This document shows, piece by piece, positions 8,888 through 19,364 of a DNA stretch of 64,000 nt. The stretch's first letter is position 1; every line of letters begins with the position of its first letter. Below the pieces are notes generated by a model that worked only from the letters and a program-made list of their open reading frames with translations, searched no databases and was not told where the DNA came from. The DNA comes from Bacteroidota bacterium (GTDB lineage: Bacteria > Bacteroidota > Bacteroidia > JABEUT01): NCBI GenBank assembly GCA_013289165.1, contig JABDAL010000005.1, positions 846 to 64,845 on the forward strand. The letters run 5' to 3'. The position numbers and the translations under genes were made by a program.

Positions 8888-9076
8888 TCTTAAAAGTTAA
8901 ATGCCTTTAAAATTCCATCTGAAGCGAATAATAAAAGTCGAGAATTTTCTGCAAATCTACCAATGTTCCACTAACCGACAGCATTTACCTTTGCTAGATT
9001 TATCCATATTAATTTTTATCCCATACTTTACTCCAAATTATGTAAGTTTGTCTTTTTTAGTACAAGTCCTAATTAT

Positions 9077-11506
9077 ATGCCTAATAAAGAGGAGATAAGC
9101 GAAACCACAAAAAAAAAAGAAATGTCCTTTTCTGAGTTTAAGGGTATTGTTCTACGCGATTACCGGATTGCGGTTGAAAGCCGTGAAGCAAGTCTTCTTG
9201 GCAGAAAAGAAGTATTGCAGGGAAAAGCCAAATTCGGAATATTTGGCGACGGCAAAGAAATCGCCCAAATTGCTATGGCTAAGGTATTTATGCCTGGCGA
9301 CTTCCGCTCAGGGTACTATCGTGACCAAACTTTTATGTTCGCCAAGGGCTTACTCACCATTCAGGAATGGTTTGCCGGCTTATATGCCCATGCTGACCTG
9401 AAAGCTGAACCATCTTCCGCAGGACGCCAAATGGGTGGGCACTACTCTACCCATTCCATTAATACAGATAACACCTGGAGTAATCTCACTGAACAATGCA
9501 ACTCCTCTTCTGATGTATCGCCAACAGGCAGCCAAATGCCCCGATTGCTGGGCTTAGCCATGGCTTCTAAACAATACAGGAATACGACAGCTCTTCAAAT
9601 CGGTGATTCTGAAAAATTCAGCAAAAATGGAAATGAAATAGCCTTCGGAACCATTGGAGATGCCAGTACATCGGAAGGTATGTTTTGGGAAACTATTAAT
9701 GCTGCCGGAGTAATACAAGTACCTATGTTGGTTTCCATTTGGGATGACGGCTATGGAATATCCGTCCCAATCGGGTATCAAACCACTAAAAATAGCATAT
9801 CGGAAGCGCTGCAAGGTATGCAGCGAGATAAGAACAATAAAGGGCTTGAAATTTTGAAAGTGAAAGCATGGGATTATTCTGCCCTTTGTGAAACCTATGA
9901 AAAAGCAGCATTGCTATGTAGAAAAGAACATGTTCCGGTTATTCTTCACGTAGAAGAGTGTACCCAACCACAAGGACACTCTACCTCTGGCTCCCACGAA
10001 CGGTATAAAACTTCTGAAAGGCTCCAATGGGAAAAAGATTTTGATGGCATTAAAAAAATGCGGGAATGGATACTAAAGTTTGCCATAGCAACCGAAACAG
10101 AACTTTCACAAATAGAGGAACAAGCTAAGACTGAAGTAAAAGATGCTAAAAACAGGGCATGGAAAGCATACCTGGATGAAATAAAGCAAGAGCAGGCAAC
10201 AATCCTCGAGCTTTTACAGAAAGTTTCTGCAACTTCCACGGAAAAAGGGTTGATTGACGCCACCATTACTGAGCTACAGAAATTAAAAGAACCTTTACGG
10301 AGAGATTTAGTATCTTTCGTGAAAAATATTCTACGGATAACACGTAATGAAAGAAGCCCGGAAAGGCAGGAACTCCTTAATTTCTACAATGCATTTTCAG
10401 CAAAAAATATGGAGCGTTATGATTCCCTTCTTTATACTGCCGATGCAATAGGAATAAAAGAGAAAAAACCGGTTTATGATATAGAAGAAACCCAGGCAAA
10501 CGGACATGAAATACTCCGTGATAATTTCGATGCTATACTTGATAAATACCCCAGTGTTTCCATATTTGGTGAAGATGTTGGCAAATTAGGTGACGTTAAC
10601 CAGGGTTTGGAAAACTTGCAAAAAAAATATGGCGAGGAACGGGTTTTCGATACAGGTATTAGGGAAGTTACTATAATAGGCCAGGCAATTGGAATGGCTA
10701 TGCGGGGACTTCGTCCTATTGCTGAAATAGAATATCTTGACTATCTCCTTTATGCCCTGCAAATAATGAGTGACGATCTTGCTACACTTGCCTACCGTAC
10801 AGTTGGCACACAACGGGCTCCTGTTATTGTACGTACAAGAGGCCACAGGCTGGAAGGTATTTGGCATAGCGGCTCTCCCATGGGAATGATACTAAATGCT
10901 TTAAGGGGTATATATGTATGTGTGCCCCGCAACATGACTCACGCCGCAGGATTTTATAATACTTTGCTCGCATCCAACGAACCGGCATTGATTATTGAAC
11001 CACTAAATAGCTATCGCCTCAAAGAAAAGAAACCTCTAAACATGGGAGAATTTAAAATTCCTTTGGGTGTGCCGGAAATAATACAAGAAGGAAATGATGT
11101 GACAATTGTTACCTATGGACCTCTCTGCAGAATGGCTATGGAGGCTGCCCAGCAATTAAATGAATATAATATTTCCGTGGAAATAATTGATGTAAGAACA
11201 TTGTTACCTTTTGATATTAATAAAATGATTGTAGATTCTCTAAAAAAAACAAACCGGGTACTTTTCCTTGACGAAGATGTACCGGGGGGAGCTTCGGCCT
11301 ATATGATGCAACAGGCTTTGGAGGAACAAAGTGGATATATGTACTTGGATTCTCCCCCGAAAACATTGACGAGCAAAGAACACCGCCCTGCTTATGGCTC
11401 TGATGGTGATTATTTTTCCAAACCCAGTGTAGATGATATATTTGATGCTGTTTACAGCATTATGAACGAAGTTGAGCCAACTAAATATCCAGATATTTAT
11501 TCCTAA
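9077..11506 (+). CDS. fused alpha/beta E1 component of a 2-oxoacid dehydrogenase (TPP-dependent)
   Basis: 809 aa. The N-terminal half is E1-alpha-like (GDASTSEG) and the C-terminal half is transketolase-like E1-beta (FGEDVG...FDTGIRE...). Confidence 0.8.
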   Translation: MPNKEEISETTKKKEMSFSEFKGIVLRDYRIAVESREASLLGRKEVLQGKAKFGIFGDGKEIAQIAMAKVFMPGDFRSGYYRDQTFMFAKGLLTIQEWFAGLYAHADLKAEPSSAGRQMGGHYSTHSINTDNTWSNLTEQCNSSSDVSPTGSQMPRLLGLAMASKQYRNTTALQIGDSEKFSKNGNEIAFGTIGDASTSEGMFWETINAAGVIQVPMLVSIWDDGYGISVPIGYQTTKNSISEALQGMQRDKNNKGLEILKVKAWDYSALCETYEKAALLCRKEHVPVILHVEECTQPQGHSTSGSHERYKTSERLQWEKDFDGIKKMREWILKFAIATETELSQIEEQAKTEVKDAKNRAWKAYLDEIKQEQATILELLQKVSATSTEKGLIDATITELQKLKEPLRRDLVSFVKNILRITRNERSPERQELLNFYNAFSAKNMERYDSLLYTADAIGIKEKKPVYDIEETQANGHEILRDNFDAILDKYPSVSIFGEDVGKLGDVNQGLENLQKKYGEERVFDTGIREVTIIGQAIGMAMRGLRPIAEIEYLDYLLYALQIMSDDLATLAYRTVGTQRAPVIVRTRGHRLEGIWHSGSPMGMILNALRGIYVCVPRNMTHAAGFYNTLLASNEPALIIEPLNSYRLKEKKPLNMGEFKIPLGVPEIIQEGNDVTIVTYGPLCRMAMEAAQQLNEYNISVEIIDVRTLLPFDINKMIVDSLKKTNRVLFLDEDVPGGASAYMMQQALEEQSGYMYLDSPPKTLTSKEHRPAYGSDGDYFSKPSVDDIFDAVYSIMNEVEPTKYPDIYS

Positions 11507-11512
11507 TTAATA

Positions 11513-12611
11513 ATGATTACATACGACCAGATTAAGGAAGTGAAGGAGCGCTTTGATGTGCTGAGGGGGCATCTTTGACATAGAAAAGAGGTTAACGAAG
11601 ATAGTCGAACAAGAATCTATTACACAGGAACCCAACTTTTGGAATGATCCTAAAAAAGCAGAACAGGTTTTAAAGCAAATAAAGGGGCTTAAAACCTGGA
11701 CAGAAGCATTTGCGAACTTGCAGATGAGTGTAGATGATATGTTGACCATGTATGACTTTTTTAAGGAAGAAGGCGCTACTGAACAAGAGATGGACACAGA
11801 GTACAACAAAACTCTGAAAATATTACAGGAACTTGAATTTAGAAATATGTTAGGCTCTCCGGAAGACCATTTGGATGCGGTGATGGAAATTAATTCAGGG
11901 GCAGGTGGAACCGAAAGCCAGGATTGGACATATATGCTTATGCGAATGTATATTATGTGGGCTGAAAAGCATGGGTATAAAGTAAAAGAACTGGATAAAC
12001 AAGAGGGTGAAACAGCAGGCCTCAAATCTATAACACTGGAAATTGAAGGGGAATATGCTTTTGGCTATCTGAAGGGGGAAAATGGGGTACATCGATTGAT
12101 TCGCATATCCCCATTTGATTCTAATGCGCGCCGACATACTTCCTTTGCCGGAGTATATGTATATCCCTTGATTGACGACAGTATAGAAATTGAAATTAGC
12201 CAGGGAGATATTGAGTGGGAAACATTTCGTTCAGGAGGAAAAGGCGGACAAAATGTAAACAAAGTAGAAACGGCAGTACGCTTATATCACAAGCCTTCCG
12301 GAATTATTATTAAAAACCAGGAAAGCCGCTCGCAGCTTCAAAATAAAGAAACAGCTTTAAAGATGTTGAAATCGCAGCTTTATGAAAGAGAGCTCCGTAA
12401 GAAAATGGAAGCCGTTTCAGCCATTGAAAGCAGCAAAAAATCAATAGAATGGGGCTCACAAATACGCAATTATGTAATGCACCCGTATAAGTTAGTTAAA
12501 GACCTTCGTACGGACTATGAAACCTCGGATGTGCAAGCAGTAATGGATGGAGAATTAGACGATTTTATTAAAAGCTACCTAATGGAATTTGGAGGCGGGA
12601 AAAAGGGGTGA
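11513..12611 (+). CDS. prfB: peptide chain release factor 2, requires a programmed +1 frameshift at CTT TGA C (11573-11579)
   Basis: Frame 0 gives [21 protein letters not shown] then TGA. The +1 frame continues DIEKRL...[12 protein letters not shown]... into ORF 11718-12611, which carries SPFDS and [13 protein letters not shown] (GGQ). AGGGGG lies upstream of the slip site. Confidence 0.92.
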
Positions 12612-12664
12612 TAAGCTAAAGCCGCCTATTTTGATTATCTTTGTAATCTTTATTTGAATAATTT

Positions 12665-13012
12665 ATGGCACTACGAATAACAGATGAATGTATAAACTGC
12701 GGGGCTTGCGAACCAGAATGCCCTAATAATGCAATATATGAAGGTGGTAACGAATGGCGCTTTTCGGATGGTACCACAGTAAAGGGAGTATTTAAAGGGA
12801 AAAGTGGACTCACAAGTGATGCAGATACCCCCCAATCACCTGTGGAACTTGACAGATATTATATAGTAGGTGATAAATGTACCGAATGTGTAGGGTTTCA
12901 CGATGAGCCACAATGTGCTTCTGTATGTCCTGTTGATTGCTGCATAGTGGACGACAATAACAAAGAAACACCAGAAGAACTCTTAGTCAAGAAGGGAACC
13001 CTTCATTCGTAA
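12665..13012 (+). CDS. 4Fe-4S ferredoxin
   Basis: CINCGACEPECP and CTECVGFHDEPQCASVCP cluster motifs. Confidence 0.85.
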   Translation: MALRITDECINCGACEPECPNNAIYEGGNEWRFSDGTTVKGVFKGKSGLTSDADTPQSPVELDRYYIVGDKCTECVGFHDEPQCASVCPVDCCIVDDNNKETPEELLVKKGTLHS

Positions 13013-13034
13013 TAACATACTAATTCTGTATTAT

Positions 13035-14453
13035 TTAAACACTACTTGCGGAGGGTATTGCTTCCATTAGCTTCTCATTGCTTTTGTGTTTGGAATAACC
13101 ATATCCGGCAGCTATGCAGATAAAAGGGACCACAGGTAATTTGAATCTATACTCGCCAAATGGACCCGTTATAACTGCAAAATAGATAGCCGTAAAAACC
13201 ACCAGGCTGAGCACCATAAAGTTCCGCTCAATAACTAGTTTTATTATCCCATAAATAGCCCCTACATATTGCAGTAGAAGGATTATTATAATAATAATTC
13301 CCAACGCTGCTTCTTTTTTCCCGGAACTAAAATTTTGCTTTATTTTTTGCGGGTTAATTCCTGCGAAATTTTCCGCAGGTCCGGTTTTGCACCACCCTAA
13401 TGTTTTAGCCATACTCCTGTTTCCTAGTGACAAGAACATATTTATATTCCCTTCCAGTATGGTAACTACATATATTGCTTTATGATTAGCAATGTATTTT
13501 GAACCTATCTTTTGATAAATATCTGATTGCACAAAAATATCTCTTGATTTCCGGAAACCCATAGAATCTGCCTGCTTCTGGAAAGAAACTCTGATGGAAT
13601 CAAGATTCTGACGGGACCTGTTTTCTTCTGTAAGACTTGCATTATACATTGCGAGAGCCCAGCCGCCATGAGTAGTAATTTGCCAATGCCCATAACAGGT
13701 ATAATTCCTGATTAACCAAAGGCTATTTAAAAAAGCAAATATAACCGTATATAAAAGGATCGCTTTTAATTTCCACTGAATTTTTTGTCGGGAAAAAATC
13801 AATAAAATAAATACAAGCAAAAGCGGGTACATAAGCGCTATAAGCCTTGTTAAACTTGCCAGCCCCATAAATGCAGCGCCTATTGCAAAGGTGGAAAGTT
13901 TACCCTGCATCATTGCTATAAGGAAATAATAAACGCCGGCAAGAAAGAAAAGAACAAATAGAGTTTCGGTGAGTAATTCATTGGCCGCGTAAATAGAATG
14001 AATATCGAGGGCAAAAAGCAGTGCGGTAATAGTCGCAATCCGGGCCTGTTTAAATAAAAGTGTACATATGCGATAGACTAATATGACCGAAATAAGACTC
14101 AGCATTATCTGGATTAAAATAGCCACATACGGCTTTATACCTGCAACCGAATAAATCCCTGCAAGAAAAACAGCGTATGCCGGCATCATCCATCCATCCG
14201 GATGAGACATAAGATAGCCGGTCGCCCTTAACTCGGAAAATTTATTTATATCAACCGTATCTTTTAAGGGTGCAAAAGAGTGAGAGTGTAGTAGATTTTC
14301 TGCTACCTGCTGGTATCCTTTTGAATCGCTTACAAGAATGGTATTATTCTCTACGGCTTTATCCCATGGCCCAATGTAGCAAAACATTACAAGCTTCAGT
14401 GCCAGGTTAATAAGAACAATATAAGAAAGAGGGATATGGCTAATTTTTTTCAC
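13035..14453 (-). CDS. ArnT/GT39-like membrane glycosyltransferase
   Basis: 472-aa polytopic membrane protein with GT-C-like topology. Assigned by overall pattern only. Confidence 0.55.
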   Translation of the reverse strand: MKKISHIPLSYIVLINLALKLVMFCYIGPWDKAVENNTILVSDSKGYQQVAENLLHSHSFAPLKDTVDINKFSELRATGYLMSHPDGWMMPAYAVFLAGIYSVAGIKPYVAILIQIMLSLISVILVYRICTLLFKQARIATITALLFALDIHSIYAANELLTETLFVLFFLAGVYYFLIAMMQGKLSTFAIGAAFMGLASLTRLIALMYPLLLVFILLIFSRQKIQWKLKAILLYTVIFAFLNSLWLIRNYTCYGHWQITTHGGWALAMYNASLTEENRSRQNLDSIRVSFQKQADSMGFRKSRDIFVQSDIYQKIGSKYIANHKAIYVVTILEGNINMFLSLGNRSMAKTLGWCKTGPAENFAGINPQKIKQNFSSGKKEAALGIIIIIILLLQYVGAIYGIIKLVIERNFMVLSLVVFTAIYFAVITGPFGEYRFKLPVVPFICIAAGYGYSKHKSNEKLMEAIPSASSV

Positions 14454-14467
14454 CTGTCCGCCCTATT

Positions 14468-15208
14468 TTAAACTGATTTTTTAATTGCAATAATGTCGGT
14501 ATAATAACTCCAATCATCTATCAACTGCCTATACTCGTGCTCTCCCCTTGTATCCATAAATGTAAGCACAAAACCCATTTCTTTTAATTGCGCAATAAAT
14601 TCTCCGGGGTCTGTACCAGCTTTATTTAATCCAAATGGCCAAAATTCAGTTATCAGGATAAAATGCTTTGATTTTTTCACCAATTCCTTCATCCCACTAA
14701 TTACGAAATAATCGAAACCTTGCGTGTCTGTTTTTAATAAATCTACCGGTTGTCCATTGTTAAAAAAATCGTCCATCGAAACGCAATCTATTTCAGTAAA
14801 TGGCCTGCCTTCTCCATTATCATAGGTTTGGTGGTCAACATTTATATCGCAGGGATAAAACCTTATTTTACCTGACTTATCAGAGACTGCGGTCTTATTA
14901 TTAATTGCATTCTTATGCGTAGCAGTATTTGCAAGCAAGTGTTGAAAATTGAGTTCGTCAGGTTCAAAGGCATAAACCTTTCCTTTTTCCCCGACAAGCT
15001 TTAAAAAAATCGTGGTATAGAAACCTATATTTGCCCCGATATCAACTATAGTCATACCAGGTTTTATATACTCCCTTAAAAGTTTGATTTTTTTTCTGTC
15101 CTTACGTCCTTTCCAAAAAAAATAGGCCAGTTGATATAATTTATACGCTTTTTTATATGCTGACTCACCAAATTGATAGAAGCGGTACTCCTTTTTTAAA
15201 TACATCAA
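14468..15208 (-). CDS. FkbM-family methyltransferase
   Basis: SAM motif VDIGANIGFYT and FEP...N. Size is typical of the family. Confidence 0.75.
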   Translation of the reverse strand: MMYLKKEYRFYQFGESAYKKAYKLYQLAYFFWKGRKDRKKIKLLREYIKPGMTIVDIGANIGFYTTIFLKLVGEKGKVYAFEPDELNFQHLLANTATHKNAINNKTAVSDKSGKIRFYPCDINVDHQTYDNGEGRPFTEIDCVSMDDFFNNGQPVDLLKTDTQGFDYFVISGMKELVKKSKHFILITEFWPFGLNKAGTDPGEFIAQLKEMGFVLTFMDTRGEHEYRQLIDDWSYYTDIIAIKKSV

Positions 15209-15337
15209 TGATTCTGAGGTTTATTTGCCAAAAGTACATAATAATATGCAAAGGATAAGCAGCCCCAAGCTAAAATTCGGGCGGAGTACTTGTTCGTACG
15301 CTCTCCAATCAATATAGGGAACCTAAGAAAAAACCCT

Positions 15338-16690
15338 TCAGGCGCTTTTCAACGTAACAACTGTAATTTCGGGCCAAATGCCCACCCTGCCAGGGAACCC
15401 GATGAATCCCAATCCCCGGTTAACATAGAGGTAGCGGTTGTTTTCTTCATATAACCCCGCCCATCTTTTATAACGGAATTGCACGGGCGAAAATTTAATA
15501 CCCGGTACTTCTATACCAAACTGCATACCGTGCGTATGTCCTGCGAAAGTGAGATGAATATTCTCTTCAGGATGGTTCATTACCTTTTCTTCCCAATGTG
15601 AAGGATCATGCGAGAGTAATATTTTGAATGAGCCTGTAGTTGTTCCCACCAAGGCTTTATCAAGGTCGCCATATTTACTGAAACCACCCCTGCCCCAGTT
15701 TTCTACTCCAATCAAATCAATAGTGGCTCCATTCTTCTCAAGCTTCAGGTTTTCATTCCGCATCAACCGGAAACCAAGCTCTTTATGCACATTCACGAGC
15801 TTGTCAAGATTTGCCTTCTTTTGGTCTGTATTATACCAGCGGACATAATCCCCATAGTCATGATTCCCGAAAATGGAATATACTCCCATAGGCGCTTTTA
15901 ATTCCTTAAAAACATCTACCCAGGGGTCCATTTCATCAGCTATACTATTCACCAGGTCGCCGGTAAAGAAAATAATATCCGAACCTTGGTCATTAACCAA
16001 TTTTACAGCATGTTTCACCGGTTCGGGGTTATCAAAACTGCCCGAATGAATATCAGATATTTGCGTGATTTTAAGTCCATCAAATTCTTTAGGTAACCCT
16101 TCGAATGCTACTTCTACCTTATGGATTTTAAAATTATATTTCCCTTTCGTTACCCCATAAATAATAGAGATGAATGGAATGCCGGCAATTACGGTAGCGA
16201 ACTGGCTTACAAATTTTCTCCGTGACTGAAAAAAATCCAAAGGTGTATTAGAATGAGAAGCCAATTTGTAAACTCCTATACCCAATGCACGTAATAACCT
16301 ATACACATCTTCCAATAAGAGGAATGAACCGAATATAAGTTTGGGAATATACAGTAGTAAGAATGCTGCAATTGCAAATGATACCAGGAAGGGAGTATGT
16401 CTTACATGTGTGGTATGACCGAAGTAGGTAACAGACAGTATTATATAAATTGCACACAAGCTAAAGGTAATATTTACCAGCCAGTATATCCACGCAGCAA
16501 TCCTTCGCACCGGGAATGATGAACTAGAAAAGATGGTCTTCACTCCTCTGAAAACGTATAAATCAATCAGGAATAAAACGAGAAAAAAGATAATGAATCC
16601 AAAAATCACCCTGCCGTCTAAGGTCATGAGTTTGCTCATTTGAGTATTGACGTACAAAGCTCTGAAAAACTTTAATACCATTTGAGCCAT
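15338..16690 (-). CDS. membrane-anchored metallophosphoesterase
   Basis: N-terminal TM helices followed by DIHSG, GDLV, GNHD and GHTHG calcineurin-like motifs. Confidence 0.8.
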   Translation of the reverse strand: MAQMVLKFFRALYVNTQMSKLMTLDGRVIFGFIIFFLVLFLIDLYVFRGVKTIFSSSSFPVRRIAAWIYWLVNITFSLCAIYIILSVTYFGHTTHVRHTPFLVSFAIAAFLLLYIPKLIFGSFLLLEDVYRLLRALGIGVYKLASHSNTPLDFFQSRRKFVSQFATVIAGIPFISIIYGVTKGKYNFKIHKVEVAFEGLPKEFDGLKITQISDIHSGSFDNPEPVKHAVKLVNDQGSDIIFFTGDLVNSIADEMDPWVDVFKELKAPMGVYSIFGNHDYGDYVRWYNTDQKKANLDKLVNVHKELGFRLMRNENLKLEKNGATIDLIGVENWGRGGFSKYGDLDKALVGTTTGSFKILLSHDPSHWEEKVMNHPEENIHLTFAGHTHGMQFGIEVPGIKFSPVQFRYKRWAGLYEENNRYLYVNRGLGFIGFPGRVGIWPEITVVTLKSA

Positions 16691-16738
16691 GCTTTCTTGT
16701 ACTTTTGCAAACCAGGAATTTGCTCTTAGCCCAAACCT

Positions 16739-17041
16739 ATGAAATACCTTGGCAAAACCAAATACGATTCTGTTATATTAGGCACTGTACTAGGGCTTTT
16801 ACTTCCCCTTGTGATATTCATGAGCTATTACTTAATTGCTTACCATGGGATGAACCTGCTCTCCTTTTTCCACTATTTAGGTACCGGAGAAATATTTTTA
16901 CCTATTATCAGTCTGTGTGCAACATCGAACCTGTTGCTGTTTTTTATATTTATCTGGACCAACCGCGACAAATCTGCAAGAGGAGTATTGCAGGCCACTT
17001 TTGTTTATGCCATTTATGTATGCATTATGAAGCTGATTTAG
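16739..17041 (+). CDS. small membrane protein (100 aa)
   Basis: Three hydrophobic helices. Abuts the lpxB start. Preferred over the overlapping alternative frame 16705-17046. Confidence 0.45.
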   Translation: MKYLGKTKYDSVILGTVLGLLLPLVIFMSYYLIAYHGMNLLSFFHYLGTGEIFLPIISLCATSNLLLFFIFIWTNRDKSARGVLQATFVYAIYVCIMKLI

Positions 17042-17042
17042 C

Positions 17043-18200
17043 ATGAAGTATTATATCATTGCCGGTGAAGCATCCGGCGACCTTCATGCTTCTAACCTGG
17101 TAAAAAATCTTAAACTGGATGATGCGCAGGCAGAATTTAGGGGCTGGGGTGGCGACCTGATGCAGCAGCAGGGTGTTACCTTAGTGAAACACTACCGCGA
17201 CCTGGCTTTTATGGGCTTTGCCGAAGTTGTTCAGCATCTCCCTAAAATACTGAAAAACATTAAATTTTGCAAGAGTGATATTCTTGCTTACCAACCAGAT
17301 GTTCTTATTTTAGTTGATTATCCCGGTTTCAATTTACGAATTGCCCGGTTTGCCAAAAAAGCAGGCATTAAAATAGTATACTATATTTCCCCACAGGTAT
17401 GGGCATGGAAGTCGTCACGGGTAAATTTAATCAAAGAGGTGGTAGATAAAATGCTCGTTATATTTCCTTTCGAAAAGAATTTTTACGCTAAATATAATTA
17501 TGAGGTTGATTTTGTCGGGCACCCCTTATTAGATGTAATAAATCATTCCCCTTATTCTTCATTGAAAGATTTCCAACACACGAATAACCTGCCTGATAAA
17601 CCAATAGTAGCCTTACTTCCCGGCAGCCGGCACCAGGAAATACAAAACATGCTTCCCGTGATGCGAGACACGGCATTGCAATTTCCATCTTACCAATTTA
17701 TTATTGCAGGAGCGCCTTCCGCACATAAAAAGTGGTACGCAGATTTTTTAAATCATACTAATATTTCTATTGTTTATGGTAAAACATACGAATTGCTATC
17801 TCATTCCACAGCAGCTCTTGTTACATCGGGCACTGCAACCATGGAAGCTGCCATGTGGAATGTTCCGGAAGTAATTTGCTACCGCGCTAAGGGACTGACC
17901 GGGACCATTTCTTACCATCTTGCAAAAAAACTGATTGGTAAAAAATTGAAATTTATCGGTATGGTTAACCTGGTAATGGAGAAAGAAGTAGTGAAAGAAT
18001 TAATACAGCATGAACTGACAGTTGAAAATCTTTCGGGGGAATTAAAAAAGTTGCTGGAAGATGTTAATTACCGCAGCCGGATAATAAGTGAATATAAGGA
18101 ACTGTATGAGAAATTAGGTGGACAGGGAGCTTCTTCAAGGGCAGCCAAGGTAATTTTGGATTTTCTTTATGAAAATAAAATACATACTATTGCTACATGA
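17043..18200 (+). CDS. lpxB: lipid-A-disaccharide synthase
   Basis: MKYYIIAGEASGDLHASNL..., ISPQVWAWK, LLPGSR, TSGTATMEAA. Confidence 0.9.
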   Translation: MKYYIIAGEASGDLHASNLVKNLKLDDAQAEFRGWGGDLMQQQGVTLVKHYRDLAFMGFAEVVQHLPKILKNIKFCKSDILAYQPDVLILVDYPGFNLRIARFAKKAGIKIVYYISPQVWAWKSSRVNLIKEVVDKMLVIFPFEKNFYAKYNYEVDFVGHPLLDVINHSPYSSLKDFQHTNNLPDKPIVALLPGSRHQEIQNMLPVMRDTALQFPSYQFIIAGAPSAHKKWYADFLNHTNISIVYGKTYELLSHSTAALVTSGTATMEAAMWNVPEVICYRAKGLTGTISYHLAKKLIGKKLKFIGMVNLVMEKEVVKELIQHELTVENLSGELKKLLEDVNYRSRIISEYKELYEKLGGQGASSRAAKVILDFLYENKIHTIAT

Positions 18201-19354
18201 GGAAACCCTTGTTATTTTTATTTCTTCTTTTGCCTGCTTTAGCTGTATTTTCCACTGATATAAATGTACGCATATATTCCGATGAAAATGTTTCGGCCAT
18301 TATTCTTGCCCCAAATGAGGGGAATTACCTTCTGATAGGAGATGGAAAAGTTATTGATTCAGTAACGTCATCGAGTGTATATCAAATAAAATCTTCGGGA
18401 AATTTATTGGAGGTAAAGACGCTTGACCGCGAATTGGGGAAATATAGTGCTATTCGGTTAAAAGAGTGTACTGCCGATTGCAACTTCAATATAAAACCCA
18501 TACCAGATAAAACAAGCAGGCTGTACGATGACGAACTGCTTATTTCGAATAGCGGGGGGTATTTAAAAATGGTGAATATTGTGGAGTTCGAGCATTATAT
18601 AGCAGGAGTTGTAGAATGTGAGGCAGGGCACCGGCGGCCATCAGAGTATTACAAAGCACAGGCTATTATTTGCCGAACCTATGCGCTAAGTAACTTGACG
18701 AGACATTATGGGGAAGAATATGAATTATGTGACCTTGTGCATTGCCAGGTATATAAAGGAGCAGCTAACATACCCGATATATTGGAAGCTGTTGAAACGA
18801 CAAAAGGGCTGGTAATTGTAGATAATTCCAATCACCTTATCAATGCGGGATACCACTCGAATTGTGGCGGGTACACTGTAAATTCAGAGGATGTATGGAG
18901 CTTGTCACTCCCCTATTTGCGAGCCGTGAAAGACACTTTCTGCCTGAACCAGCTACATGCCACCTGGGAAAAACATTTTAGCACAATTGACTGGCAAAAC
19001 TACCTGTCTAAAAAAGAAGCTACCCTTTCGAAAAGAGATACCCGTGGGGAAAATTACTGGGATTCCATACCCGAACAAAAGAGGGTTTACTTTTATGACA
19101 AAGGATATTTAATTCCGCTAAAAGATATGCGGCTCGAATTGAGCCTGCATTCTACCTATTTTACGGTTGGACAAGATAGTATTGGAATAGTTTTAAAGGG
19201 CAGAGGAAATGGGCACCGTGTTGGCTTCTGCCAAGAGGGTGCCATACATATGGCAGAACTGGGCTATTCATACTTGCAGATGTTAAATTTTTACTACCAG
19301 GGTGTACAGGTAACAGATTTTTCTGCTATACCCGTAGCAACAGGTACTAAATGA
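18197..19354 (+). CDS. SpoIID/LytB domain protein
   Basis: YIAGVVECE, AQAIICRTYAL, YHSNCGGYT motifs. Confidence 0.8.
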   Translation: MRKPLLFLFLLLPALAVFSTDINVRIYSDENVSAIILAPNEGNYLLIGDGKVIDSVTSSSVYQIKSSGNLLEVKTLDRELGKYSAIRLKECTADCNFNIKPIPDKTSRLYDDELLISNSGGYLKMVNIVEFEHYIAGVVECEAGHRRPSEYYKAQAIICRTYALSNLTRHYGEEYELCDLVHCQVYKGAANIPDILEAVETTKGLVIVDNSNHLINAGYHSNCGGYTVNSEDVWSLSLPYLRAVKDTFCLNQLHATWEKHFSTIDWQNYLSKKEATLSKRDTRGENYWDSIPEQKRVYFYDKGYLIPLKDMRLELSLHSTYFTVGQDSIGIVLKGRGNGHRVGFCQEGAIHMAELGYSYLQMLNFYYQGVQVTDFSAIPVATGTK

Positions 19355-19364
19355 AATTTATTTT

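Noticed and set aside
11507-12025. 172-aa minus-strand ORF overlapping the 5' part of prfB.
   Set aside because: It is antisense to a clearly recognisable RF2 coding sequence, has Ser/Cys-rich composition and no motifs.
16705-17046. 113-aa ORF overlapping 16739-17041 in another frame.
   Set aside because: It is Cys/Arg/His-rich with no structure. The alternative frame encodes a plausible three-helix membrane protein.
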